Part shown: one piece after another, positions 27,738 through 39,049 of the stretch | How the letters are laid out: each line of letters starts with the position of its first letter | How positions within the stretch are numbered: the first letter of the stretch is position 1 | Source of the DNA: Octopus sinensis | Lineage: Eukaryota | Length of the DNA stretch: 64,000 bases | NCBI RefSeq assembly: GCF_006345805.1 | Contig: NC_043020.1 | Span: forward strand, 14,012,001 to 14,076,000 | Direction: 5' to 3' | Translations under genes and position numbers: made by a program | The notes under the pieces: model-generated | What the model was told of the DNA's origin: nothing | What the model saw: the letters and a program-made list of their open reading frames with translations, nothing else | The model's database searches: none

Positions 27738-28296
27738 GTTTTTGGAACAGTATATCTTAAAGCATACATATAAAGCTTTAAATAATGCCATAAAAATATT
27801 GGATCATAAAACCCTTTTTAATAGAAAAAGTTGAAAGCTATTTGTAGGGCTTGAACCCACATTTCCAGTAGATCTCCTGGTATTGTTTCGCATCAGCAAA
27901 ACTTATATTATATAGTAAAATCTACGAAAAGAGTACAGTGAACTTGCCATAAGGAGTAGGAAATTCTAATGTTTGGGGTGCAGACCTCTCTTGAGGGAAA
28001 AGTTGAAAGGAGAGAATTTAATGAGAAACAGCAGAATTTTACATCGGCTGAGAGAAAAAAGAAGAAAAAATCTGGCTGCAGCTGATAAGGAATAGAAGAC
28101 CTTGTGAGCTTCATATGTGGACATGAATTGGTAGGAGAAACAGTGTAAGAAGGAAAGAGGAATGAGTAATGGAATGAGGAGAAGTAGGCAAAGTTTGTAG
28201 GGAGATGAAGGGAAAAGAGGTGGAGAGAGGGGATTTGAAGGATAAGAAATGGTTTAAGGAGTTAAGAGATGTAAGAGTAGAAGGAAGAACATTCTT

Positions 28297-28522
28297 TTAA
28301 CCCTTTAGCATTCAAATTAATGTCAAAAGTAATCCTTATTCATTTACATTTTAAAAAATTAATCTGGTATTATCTTGTAGCTTCAAGATTTGAAAGATGT
28401 AATTGTTTATTTTTAGAATGATATTGTAGGGGAAGTGTGAGATACTGGTTCTGGCCAGTTTGAGCATAAAATGAGCAGAATATTTGGGCCAGATACAGCC
28501 GGTTTAAACACTAAAGGGTTAA
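28297..28522. mobile_element. piggyBac-type MITE, family 1 (other copies 13277-13501, 14877-15040, 18118-18345, 48363-48587, 48686-48912, about 49010-49193)
   Basis: TTAA-CCCTTTAG...CTAAAGGG-TTAA with a shared internal sequence. Confidence 0.88.
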
Positions 28523-29075
28523 ACCTGTCCGTGATATAGTGCCAAGTTCAAATTTGAAACACTGCTCCCTTCATTTTCAATTTCTGCTCTAGTTTAAACC
28601 TGTCGGTGACAGAGTGTCAAGTTCAATATGAAACCTTGTTCCCTCCACTTTCACATTCTTCTTGAGTTTGATACACTAATATTTGATACACTAATATTTG
28701 ATACACTAATATTTCCAATTTTTAAAAGATCAGAATTGGCAAACGCAAATATTTCCATCAATATTTATTAAAGAAATTCCAAAGCAAAAATGGTTTATTT
28801 CTCAACAAATTGAATTTGTCCTACTCTGAAAGGTGGTTACAAATTATGCAAAAAGATATTCAATCATTCAGCAATACTAAAACTGCATTAACAGTAGCCA
28901 TTTTCCATGCCTTTATATATTTTATTCATATGTTAGTGAAGACATGAAACTATCAGATGTTCAGCAAATGAATCACATACTGTGTGCGACAACTGAAGAG
29001 ATGACTACATAACACATCTTCTAAAGTAATCTTTAACTGATGACCCACAGATGTTACACAACTCTACCCTCTTAA

Positions 29076-29450
29076 GCACTCCGTCGGTTACAACGATGAG
29101 GGTTCCGGTTGATCCGATCAACGAAAAACCTGCTCGTGAAATTAACATTAAGTGGCTGAGCACTCCACAACACATGTACCCTTAACGTAGTTCTCGGGGA
29201 TATTCAGCGTGACACAGAGAGTGACAAGGCCGGCCCTTTGAAATACAGGTACAACAGAAACAGGAAGTAAGAGTGCGAGAAAGTTGTGGTGAAAGAGTAC
29301 AGCAGGGATCACCACCATCCCCTGCCGGAGTCTCGTGGAGCTTTAGGTGTTTTCGCTCAATAAGCACTCACAACGCCCGGTCTGGGAATCGAAACCACGA
29401 TCCTACGACCGCGAGTCCGCTGCCCTAACCACTGGGCCATTGCGCCTCCA
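29076..29450 (-). mobile_element. tRNA-derived SINE family D (octopus OR-like), 12-bp TSD
   Basis: Head tggaggcgcaatggcccagtggttagggcagcggact...ggtttcgattccc; TSD cacaactctacc (29057-29068, 29451-29462). Other copies at 21680-22050(+) and 56098-56479(-). Confidence 0.9.
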
Positions 29451-29634
29451 CACAACTCTACCAAGCAAGTCATAAGAAGAGAGCCTGCATACATACCGAT
29501 CTGCAAACGGTCATGTATAGCCACATTCCAAGATGGCTTCAAAGTGACAGTGACACTGACAATCAAGTTATCCTGGACTAAAAACTGAAGTATTAGCTCT
29601 CACTTTGAAGGGAATGCTTATGCAATATAAAATA

Positions 29635-29892
29635 AAAAAATAAATCCGCCCTTTTAAAGCCTAGTCAGGTTCATGGGCCCGGTTTCTCGGTTTCCATGGC
29701 ATATGTGTTCCCCAGCTGGATGGGACGCCAGTCCATCACAGCATTACTCATTTTTGCCAGCTGAGTGGACTGGAGCAACGTGAAATGAAGTGTTTTGCTC
29801 AAGAACACAACGCGTCGCCCAGTCCAGGAATCGAAACCACAATCTTACAATCATGATGCTGACACTCTAACCACCAAGCCACGCACCTCCAC
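29635..29892 (-). mobile_element. tRNA-derived SINE family E with a V-domain-like motif
   Basis: A/B boxes tggcttggtgg / ggtttcgattcc; gatggactggcgtcccatccag motif; A/T-rich tail. Confidence 0.8.
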
Positions 29893-30109
29893 CTTTTGCA
29901 ATATAGGAAGAAGAAATAACCCTTTGTTTCATAACCATATAGGCTGCGAGTCACAGGGCTGTGGTGAATAGGGAGATGTTGCAAGACTCATGTCAGTACA
30001 GAAAAATGGATATGTGTGAATTGATGATGATAATGAAGCTTTGTGAGTGAATCTGATGGATGGAAACTGAATGAAGCCTGTCACATATATATATATATAT
30101 ATATACATA

Positions 30110-30455
30110 CAAAATCAGAAAATGGAGAAATACATCTAAATCATTTATCAACTACCAGATAATACCCAATCATATACTTTATTAAACCACTACATAAGAA
30201 CATTAGGGTTAAACATAAAAATATATAACAAAACAGCGTACATGAATGAGTAATACAATACAAAAAGTACAATCATTATAAGAGGGTATAAATAAATAAA
30301 TATAAATAGATATAAATATAAATATACACTATATCTTACAGCTGTTTCGGCCATGCAGATAAATATGCTTCATTTTACCTATATTAGCCATGTATAGTAT
30401 GCCAATATGAAATGTTATCCCATGGAGGGTTGAATTTGCAACCCCTATCTCAATT
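30110..30455 (-). mobile_element. PLE-like fragment with the 3-prime half of a hammerhead
   Basis: Minus strand ...GGCC-GAAA-CAGCTG-TA-AGATA (30332-30352) with palindromic stem III; flanked by (TA)n; the CUGANGA half is missing. Confidence 0.45.
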
Positions 30456-30684
30456 TATATATATATATTTGCATGTTCATGCGTATGTGAAAGAGTCTGT
30501 GTATTTGTGTGTGTGAGAAAGAGTGTGTGTGTGTGAGAAAGAGTGTGTGTGTGTGAGAAAGAGTGTGTGTGTGTGAGAAAGAGTGTGTGTGTGTGAGGTA
30601 ATGTTGACTGCGACATCATAATTATTATTTCTCATCCACTTGAACAAGAAAAAACAAGGAAAAAAAACAAAAAAACAAATGTAG

Positions 30685-30725
<41 letters not shown>

Positions 30726-30742
30726 CACTACTGGAAACTTAC

Positions 30743-30882
30743 CATTCCATAACAACTAAGATTGATGGAACTTTGGGGAACGGATGGTAATAAACATCTA
30801 TAATTTTGACTATGTTCTTACAACCATTGGCTCTTAGATGAAGATCTACCTCTCGCCTTGATTTCGGTTCATCTCGAAGAAC
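30743..30882 (-). CDS. MAPKAPK2: Internal coding exon of a MAPK-activated protein kinase 2/3 (MK2-type) gene, kinase N-lobe (alphaC to hinge)
   Basis: Minus strand reads aatgtccttttgtag|GTTCTTCGA...ATGGAATG|gtaag, i.e. canonical acceptor and donor. The 140 nt translate to VLRDEPKSRREVDLHLRANGCKNIVKIIDVYYHPFPKVPSILVVME(C). This aligns to human MK2 [47 protein letters not shown] and, as I recall, has the same boundaries (phase 0 in, phase 2 out) as vertebrate exon 2. Confidence 0.92.
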
Positions 30883-32273
30883 CTACAAAAGGACATTAAA
30901 GACAAAGCTTGAGTTTTTATGACTCACAAAGACAAAACAGTGGAATTTAATTAATGACTAATGAAGGAAGACAGAATGGTGGTGGTTAATGATGAATGAA
31001 GACAGAACATTGGTTAGATTAATAAAAAGGAGAAAAATAACTGTTATAAAAAGAATACAGGAGAAATTGAGTAGCAAATATTTTTAATTGTATCTCATCA
31101 CTCCACAGCTGTAAAAAGTGTGTGGTACAATCCACCATGGGAGATAAAAAATTGTGTGTGTGTGGGAGGAGATGTTAGTAATAGAGATGATAAATATTTA
31201 TATGAGAAAATCTTTATCCATGCTATCTGTTACCTTATTGTCCACACAGATAACCACTCCTGGTTTCTGAGAAATGGCAGAAATTTAATGGAACAAACAT
31301 AATTAATGAATTAACTTCCTTTAAATCTGTTTTGGAAAGCGCCACAATAGGATACACTTAACACCACAAACAATTGCAGAATGGTGAGGTCAAAATTGAA
31401 GAATGGAGGCTGTGGAATATATTAACATGACAAATATATTCCAAAGGGGAAGTGGGGGTATTTTAACGTTTTCTTTCCAATTGTATTCTAGAACCAGTCA
31501 AAATTTTACACACACACACACACACACATTAGTCAAATTCCAATACAGTCAAATTTGAGTGACTACTTTTAACCCTCCCCTGCTAATGTAAGGCCCTTCT
31601 CCTTGGGTTTCATAGGCTTGCAAGCTGTATGACAACCTCATTAGTGCTGGTGCCACCAAAAAAAAAGAGAGAGAGCATTCAGTACTCACTTTAGGGTGGT
31701 TGGCGTTAGGAATGGCATCCGGCAATAGAAACCGTGTCAAAGCAGACACTGGAGCACAATGCAGTCCTTGAGCCCATTGGATCCTGATAAACCTTCCAAA
31801 CTATGGAACATGGATGTTAAATGGTGATAATTTTGCGTGTGTGTGTGTGTGCAGGCAGACATGCACATGTGCGCACATTTGGTCAAGATGGAAAATATGG
31901 TGCAATCAACACAGAATTGGAAGTGTATTGTGACCAGCGGTATACAATAGCATCTGATGGTCTGATCGATTCTGTCATACTATGGTATGCACACATAGTT
32001 CTCCATTTCTTCATTGGAAGACCATTTTCCCATGCTAGCACACGTTTGGATTTTTACAGCTGGATGCTCTTCTAGTCACCAACCCTCATCTGTTTTCCAA
32101 GAAAGGGACAACTTTATTCCACAGGACTTTGAAAGAAACAAGCAACTGGCCATAACATCAACAAAGACTATCAACAACAGCACTGCTTCACTTCAATGAT
32201 GATAAGTGTAGAAAATGTAAACACTCATGCACAATACATACGTTATATATATATATATATATATATATATACA

Positions 32274-32459
32274 ACTTATAAATAAGGGCAAACGAAAAAA
32301 TTTCTAATGCCAAATATGCTGAAATTGGACATATTGTCCATAACCATATAATTTTTCACAATACATGCGTATGTGAAAAATTATATGGTTATCGACAATA
32401 TGTCCAATTTTCGGCATATTTGGCATTAGAAATTTTTTCATTTGCCCTTATTTATAAGT
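32274..32459. repeat. Near-perfect fold-back inverted repeat, about 90-bp arms
   Basis: acttataaataagggcaaa...atttttcaca pairs with tgtgaaaaatt...tttgcccttatttataagt across a loop of about 10 nt; (TA)n on the left. Confidence 0.9.
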
Positions 32460-32843
32460 GTTTATAAATTTAACCTTTAAAGGTATTTTTTTAATATACT
32501 GGCCATTGATAAAAAATTTTTTTAGAAAAAATTTTATCCTACATTAGATATATATATATATATATATATACAAACACACATATATATATATGTACACACA
32601 CACACACATATACATACATATACACACATACATACATACATACATACATACTTACATACATACACACACACTCACTTAAATATAATGGGCTTCCTGCAGT
32701 TTTTGTCTTCCAGATTCCTTCACAGCCTGAGTCTGTGGTAGAACACATTTACCTAAGGTGCTGCACAGTGGAACCAAACCTGAAACCATTTGACTGCAGA
32801 CCAAACTTCTTAACCACACATCCATGCCTGCACCTATCAGATA

Positions 32844-34072
32844 CAGGCTGGCCAAAAAGGCAGTAGACAATTTTAAAATATAATAACTTTTTTTACAATT
32901 AATTTTTTCAATTTTTTTGTTTCAGATTATTGACTTGTAATTCTTGGAAAATAACCATGGAGAAATTCCCGACAGAGAAATGAATTTTATCTACAAAATC
33001 ACCAATCAATTGTGCTAACCTAAAGAGCTTTTGTACATGATTTTGATGTGTCAGACAATCACCATCTAAACAAGTGGAACTCAACTTATTCTGGCAGTTT
33101 GAACAAGAGGGGGTTGGGATTGATTTACCATGAGCGGGGAAGCCACATTCAGGAAGATCTCAGGACAATGTTCAGCATATACGGTGGAGCGTTGAAGAAG
33201 AGCCTTCAACATCAGCTGGACATATACCATAGCTCATTACAGAGAATTCAAAAGGCACTGAAGTCAGCAGATTATTAGGAACGATTATTGTATGCTGCCC
33301 ACATCAAAATGTTCGCAAGGCAAGAAGGTGATTTCATTCACAACCTTATTAAGGCCCACTTTCATCTAAACTACTGTTGACAATCAAAATATCTGATTTT
33401 AGGGGACAGAAAACCCAAGAATAGTTCACTAATGTGAACAACACCATGTAAAAACAGTGGTTTGATGCAGGGTAAGTGTGGAAAGAGTTCTTGGTCCTTA
33501 CTTCTTTTGAGTATGAGGCAGAAAACATACTAACCATCGAAGAAGAAAGGTAATGGGACAGGTTGGAACATTCGTGCACCTTGCAGTTGAGAACACACCA
33601 GAGGTGAGGTGGCAGCAAGATGGGGCTGTTGCCTATACAGCTTGCCCGACAACAGAGCTCTTAAGGCAGATATTTGGAAGGAGAATAATTTCAAGAAACT
33701 CCAAATTTAACTGGCCTAATTTAAGTGCTCCAGAATTTTTCTTGAGGGGATATCCAAAAGACAGAATATACTGTAACAAGCCTAAGACCATTCAGTAATT
33801 TAAGGCCAATATCTGTGAAGAAATTGAAAGAATAAGCCAAGAGACATTACAAATGGTAATGGAACATTCTTTAGAAAGAGTTCATCACTGTCAAGAACAA
33901 AATGGTAACCATTTGAAAAATGTCATGTTCAAAACTATTTTTAAATGTTTTCCAATAAGCGTATTTATTGTTTATAAAAGAATAAATGTGAGTATTTAAT
34001 AAATAAAAGGGTCATCATATTTTGAAATGGTCAAGTGATGTTTGGGCCACTACACACTTACACACATGCATA
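32844..34072 (+). mobile_element. Heavily decayed mariner/maT-type (DDD) transposon
   Basis: TA-caggctggccaaaa start; peptide WQQDGAVAYTA...IISRNSKFNWP-NLSAPEFFLRGYPKDRIYCNKPKTI, a degenerate QQDGA / WPPRSPDL-DFFLWG motif. Confidence 0.75.
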
Positions 34073-34247
34073 TATATGATCATCATTTAATGTCTGATCT
34101 TGAGGGCAGCGAGCTGGCAGAAACGTTAGTACGCCCCGTGAAATGCTTAGCGGTATTTCATCTGCCGTTACGTTCTGAGTTCAAATTCCACCGAGGTCGA
34201 CTTTGCCTCTCATCCTTTTGGGGTTTCACATTTATGTGTTTACTCTG

Positions 34248-34288
<41 letters not shown>

Positions 34289-34544
34289 TATATACTACAG
34301 ATTGATACTAAAATATATATATATGTGTGAGCGTGTCTTTGTATTAGGGTTTATCCTCCACCACCACTTGACATAAACACACCAACTGGTGTTGGTTTGG
34401 CAACAGAGACTGATAGAATAAGTAACCAGACTTTAAAAAAATTCATTTGATTAAAAATTGTTCAAGACGGTACCCCAACATGGCTGCAGTTTAATGAATG
34501 AAACAAGTAAAAGATAAAAGACGTACTACATACACACATACATA

Positions 34545-34924
34545 CACTTGCGTCAGAAATTAATTAGCACTTCTCAAATTTCTACATTAAATAGGTTAAA
34601 TCAATTAACCTATGAGCTGTTCAAAACGTCTTACGCGATGAGAAAACTTAGTATGGTGTGATTTCGGTCCTTGCGAGGCGCTACCTATATCTATTAAACA
34701 AAGGAAGATTTGTCTGCATCCGCACTCCAAGTTGTTGTTGCACTGCTATGTCAACATCATAAGGCTGTAGACTCTCAAACTGCTCTGCAAACAAAGTTAC
34801 GTCATCATTCTGCGCAACAGTGAACTCGCAACAAAGCAATAGTTCGAGATATGGCCACTAGGTGACAGCACATACCTTGAGTGAAGAGCAAATCAAGGGT
34901 GCTAATTAATTTCTGACGGTAGTG
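34545..34924. mobile_element. Tc1-derived MITE
   Basis: TA TSD; TIRs cacttgcgtcagaaattaattagcac / gtgctaattaatttctgacggtagtg. Confidence 0.85.
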
Positions 34925-34999
34925 TATATTACACACACACACACACACACACACTGATAAAGATAAATATTTCTGTGTCAGATCCATTAGATCACATAA

Positions 35000-35230
35000 T
35001 TAACCCTTTCGTTACTGTATTTATTTTGAGATGCTCTGTGTTTCTTTCAATTAATTTTAAATATAACAAAGAATTTAGTAAAATAACTTAAGTTATCATT
35101 AAGCTAGTATTAGGAATATAAATTGCGACTAAGGTTTGGTGGTATATTTTGATGCAAAACTTATGAAAACAAGACATTTGTACTACAGAGCCAGAGCCGG
35201 TTTTGGCCGGGTGGGTAACGAAAGGGTTAA
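35000..35230. mobile_element. piggyBac-type MITE, family 2 (other copies at 15042-15265 and, inverted, 36032-36261)
   Basis: TTAA-CCCTTTCGTTAC...GTAACGAAAGGG-TTAA; about 225 bp; three related copies. Confidence 0.9.
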
Positions 35231-35334
35231 ACAGAAACTCACAATTTCACTAAATTTACTTATACACACACACAGTATTTTAAACTGCAAAAAGCAAAAG
35301 GCAACTAGCTCGACTTGAGGAAAGAAACTCCAGG

Positions 35335-35926
35335 AGAGCATAACAGCAGGTGGTCACCAGATGAGAAACCCCCTTTAGGCAAGTGTTTCAGCCCTTAACT
35401 CCTGACACTCGGGCCACATCCGAGTCATGACATCTGGATGTCCACCTTCTGTCTGTTTTAGTATGACTTAGGTGGAATTGGTTTCTCTGGTTTCTAGCAC
35501 TGCTGTGACGTGTGCTGCGGCCCTGAGAAGGGCCAAATACCCATTTCCAGCTGGGTACACTGGCAAGTGCTCGGACGACCCAGATATGAGGGTTCTTAAG
35601 GCGGCAAGCTGGCAGAAACGTTAGCGTGCTGGGCGAAATGCTTCATGGTATGTCGTCTGTCGTAACGTTGTGAGTTCAAATTCCGCCGAGGTCAACTTTG
35701 CCTTTCATCCTTTCGGGGTCGATAAATTAAGTACCAGTTATGCACTGGGGTCGATATAATCGACTTAATACCTATGTCTGTCTTTGTTTGTCCCCTCTGT
35801 GTTTAGCCCTTTGTGGGTAATAAAGAAATAGGTATGAGGGTTCTTTTTTCTCGTGGTCCCTGCGGGATTCAAACCCTGATTGCCGGCTCCAGAGGCACAG
35901 GCCTACATGACTACGCCAATCTGGCA
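35335..35926 (-). mobile_element. tRNA-derived SINE family G, interrupted by the family B SINE
   Basis: Minus-strand head gccagattggcgtagtc...ggtttgaatccc; central acccagctggaaatgggta motif. The 3-prime boundary is uncertain. Confidence 0.55.
35598..35832 (+). mobile_element. SINE family B, full length, 13-bp TSD
   Basis: ggcggcaagctggcaga...gagttcaaattcc head; gcctttcatcctttcggggtcgataaattaagtaccag central domain; TSD tatgagggttctt (35585-35597, 35833-35845). Other copies: 3105-3552(-), 8255-8895(-), 15400-15625(-), 23175-23413(-), 39448-39680(+), 41015-41220(+), 42327-42558(-), 58740-58955(-). Confidence 0.9.
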
Positions 35927-36771
35927 CTCACTTGAATAGGGGCAAATTAAGCTTTATAAAGTTGACATTTGTTCCTCCTAATTAAATAAAAATAGAGCAA
36001 GTTTCTCAAAAATTGATTGAGAAGAGTTGTCTTAACCCTTTTGATACCAACCTGGCCAAAACCGCCTCTGGCTCTGTAGTACAGATGTCTTACTTTCATA
36101 AGTATTGAATTAAAATCTTCCACCAAACCTTAGTCACAATTTATGTTCCAAACACTAGCTTAATGATAACGAAGTTATTTTACTAAATTCTTTGTTATAT
36201 ATAAAATTAATTGAATGAAACACAGAGCATCTCAATATAAATACAGTAACGAAAGGGTTAAATTAACTGATATAAACTGATTAAATTCAATAATAAATAT
36301 AATGAACTTCTGAAATTAGTTTTAAAAATAGTTGAACTAACGTCAAAACTCAACCATTTCCTGTTCAGGATTGTCAGATATTCGTGAGACATTAATAACA
36401 TAAAACTACTGTTATGGGAGTGATGACGATAGTTGAACCCTACACCAACCCTACCTCTCAATGAAACCTAGTCAAATATCATCACACACCACGGACGCTT
36501 AACACTGGGCAGGTTATCATAGCTTACTAGATTCCAGCAATGTAACAAATTACTTTAACAACCAATGAATGAGGAATGATGGAAATATTTAATAATTGTA
36601 GGCATTAACTCCGTAATTAATCTCGCTAATTTCTTATTACATAGTCGGTTTTTGATTGGTTTTAATTATATATGAAATTTCCCATGATTCAGTTGAGAAT
36701 ACACACACACACACACACACACACACATGCAATATCTATCTATCTAGATAGATAGATAGATACACACACAC

Positions 36772-37057
36772 ACAATTGTAGCACGGAAGGTGTTTATAAG
36801 CTATTTAAAAACACACAAAAACTGTTAGATTCACTTCAACATTTAAATTTAATTTGCCCAAATATTTTTATTGCTTTGGGACCGCAACCTGATCACTGAC
36901 AAAATTCCGTGACGCAGTACACAATTGTTTTAGTGATCGGGTTGTGGTCTCAAAGCGATGAAAATATGTTGGCAAATTAAATTTAAATATTGAAGTGAAT
37001 CTAACAGTTTTTGTGTGTTTTTAAATGGCTTATAAACACCTTCCATGCTGCAATTGT
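36772..37057. repeat. Fold-back inverted repeat, about 125-bp arms
   Basis: acaattgtagcacggaaggtgtttataagc... pairs with ...gcttataaacaccttccatgctgcaattgt; adjoins (CA)n/(GATA)n. Confidence 0.9.
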
Positions 37058-37744
37058 TTTTGTTTCAGCACACAATCTCATATCAGGTCACTTGTTATGC
37101 GAGTACATCTCTGTAATATATATATAAGGCATTTTTCTAACACGCCAGCTCAAAGTTTACTCATCCTGTCGAAAGACGCCTGTCTGTGACCGCCTGTTTT
37201 TGTTATTATTATATCATTATTGTTTTTACGTATTTTTGTATTCTTATTCGTGTAACCTCGACCGTTTTTCTGTCCTTGTTTTGTATACATTCGAGGCTTT
37301 CTTCCAAGGTATCTAATGCGCTTGGCTTAGATTTTTCTTTGGGGCTGGCCAGATCGGAGTAATCTCAAGATTAATCAGCCGAAATTGCGAGGATGATCCA
37401 GTTCTTGACTGAAGATTGAAGGCTTCGAATGTCCCGTCCGTGCATTTTGTATCGTCTTCTAAATGTTTTGCATTCTTGTCCCAGTTTGTATTTTTTTACA
37501 TATATATATATATATATATATATTCTTTCACTTGTTTCAGTCATTTGACTGTAGCCATGCTGAAGCACCATCTTGAATGGTTTTAGTTGAACAAGTTGAC
37601 CCCAGAACTTCTTTTTTAAGCCTAGTACATATTCTATCAGTCTCTTTTGCCGAATTGCTAAGTTATGAGGTCATAAACACACTAACACTGGTTGTCAAGC
37701 AGAGATGGGTGAACAAACACACACACACAAAGACACACACCCAG

Positions 37745-37789
<45 letters not shown>

Positions 37790-37957
37790 ATAATATAATA
37801 TTATAAAAACAAAGTGGAGTTGTAAGGTACCGCACAAGTGGAAAAAGAGTGAAACCGGTAAAGTAAATAAACATCTTTTAAAATTGCATTTTCAAACCTT
37901 CTTTCATATATATATATGTAAATTTAGATTCAGTTGAATATGGTACTTAAGTTAAAG

Positions 37958-38173
37958 GCACCAGAATTTGGTATGGTATTATCCATATAATTCAAAATGG
38001 GGTGAGTATAGTCAAAATAAGCAATAAGGATATCCTTGTTGCTTATTTTGAGTATATATATATACTCAAAAATAAACAACAAGAATGAATCCGGATTCAT
38101 TCTTGTTGCTTATTTTTTATTATAATCACCCCACATATTTTTATGGGTAACACCATATAAAAAATTGTGGTGC
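37958..38173. repeat. Nested double-hairpin (branched cruciform) structure
   Basis: Outer inverted arms gcacca...ggggtga / tcacccc...tggtgc enclose two hairpins (centres ggatatcc and gaatccggattc) separated by gagtatatatatatactc. Confidence 0.8.
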
Positions 38174-38245
38174 ATCTATATATATATATATTAAGTATAG
38201 GAAAGAATGGAGCTGAACGAAGATTTAACAAAATTCCTTTATTTT

Positions 38246-38331
38246 ATTTTCGACATATGTTTCGAAGTCTGCAAAGTCCCTAATTCCGATTGAATAAGGA
38301 GTCCATTTTGCAGCTTTCTCTTCAGGAAAAT
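38246..38331 (-). ncRNA. Minimal type-I hammerhead ribozyme with intact catalytic core, in a PLE pLTR-like fragment
   Basis: Minus strand: ATTTTC-CTGAAGA-[GAAAGCTGCAAAA...CTTTGCAGACTTC]-GAAA-CATATG-TC-GAAAAT. It has a 6-bp stem I, a CUGANGA box, an extended stem II, GAAA, a palindromic stem III and a GUC cleavage triplet. Confidence 0.85.
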
Positions 38332-38637
38332 CCTTACTAAACAAAATGGAAGCAAAACATTATGATGATGAAAATTGTAAGAAGCTCTGAAGTTTTAATA
38401 AGTTTTAATGAATAAAGTCATGTGAAATGATCAAACAGGCATATATATATATATATATACTACAGGCTTCTATCAGTTTCTGTCTACCAAATCCACTCAC
38501 AAGGCTTTGGTCAGCCTGAGGCTATAGTTGAAGACACTTGCCCAAGGTGTCACACAGTAGGACTGAAACTGGAACCGTGTAGTAGGGAAGCAAGCTTCTT
38601 ACTACGCAGCCGTGCCTGCACGTATATATATTATATA

Positions 38638-38858
38638 TACTAGGACGTTCTCAAAAGTTCCTGGCACTGGGTAAAAGAAAACAGGTGGATCAGTTAATTA
38701 TGATTTTACTCAATATATTCTCGTCTCAGATTCACACACTTATTGCAGCAGTCCTTCAGCTTTTCTAAGCCCTATAAAAAGAAGTAGGAAAGATGGGTCT
38801 CCAGTTTGGTTTTTCATAATATCCTTAAAGCCAGGAACATTTCAGCATCCCCTCATAT
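38638..38858. mobile_element. mariner-type MITE
   Basis: Imperfect TIRs ...aaaagttcctggc / gccaggaacatttcagcatcccctcata in a TA context. Confidence 0.6.
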
Positions 38859-39049
38859 ATTAAGGCAGTAAGCTGGCAGTATTGTTACCACGCTGGGTAA
38901 AATGCTTAGCAGAATTTCGTCCCTCTTTATGTTCTGAGTTCAAATTCCACCAAGCTTGGCTTTGCCTTTGATCCTTTTGGGGGTCAATAACATAAATACC
39001 AGTTGAACACTGAGGTTGATGTAATTGACTAACACTGAGGTTGATATTG

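Noticed and set aside
28520-28712. About 75-bp imperfect duplication and a triple tttgatacactaata 15-mer
   Set aside because: Ordinary local slippage duplications with no further structure.
29380-29450. Possible tRNA genes at SINE heads (also near 21680, 29830, 41255 and 56410)
   Set aside because: A/B boxes are present, but there is no complete acceptor stem or terminator and each continues into a repeat body.
29497-29577. Minus-strand AG...GT segment as a candidate next kinase exon
   Set aside because: In phase with the kinase exon it hits a stop within three codons and has no GGELF motif.
37405-37440. CTGAAGA-TT-GAAG-G-CTTC-GAATGTC as a hammerhead
   Set aside because: The stem II loop is too short, GAAA is incomplete and there is no convincing stem I; at most a decayed relic. 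The same applies to 55430-55500 and 24843-24870.
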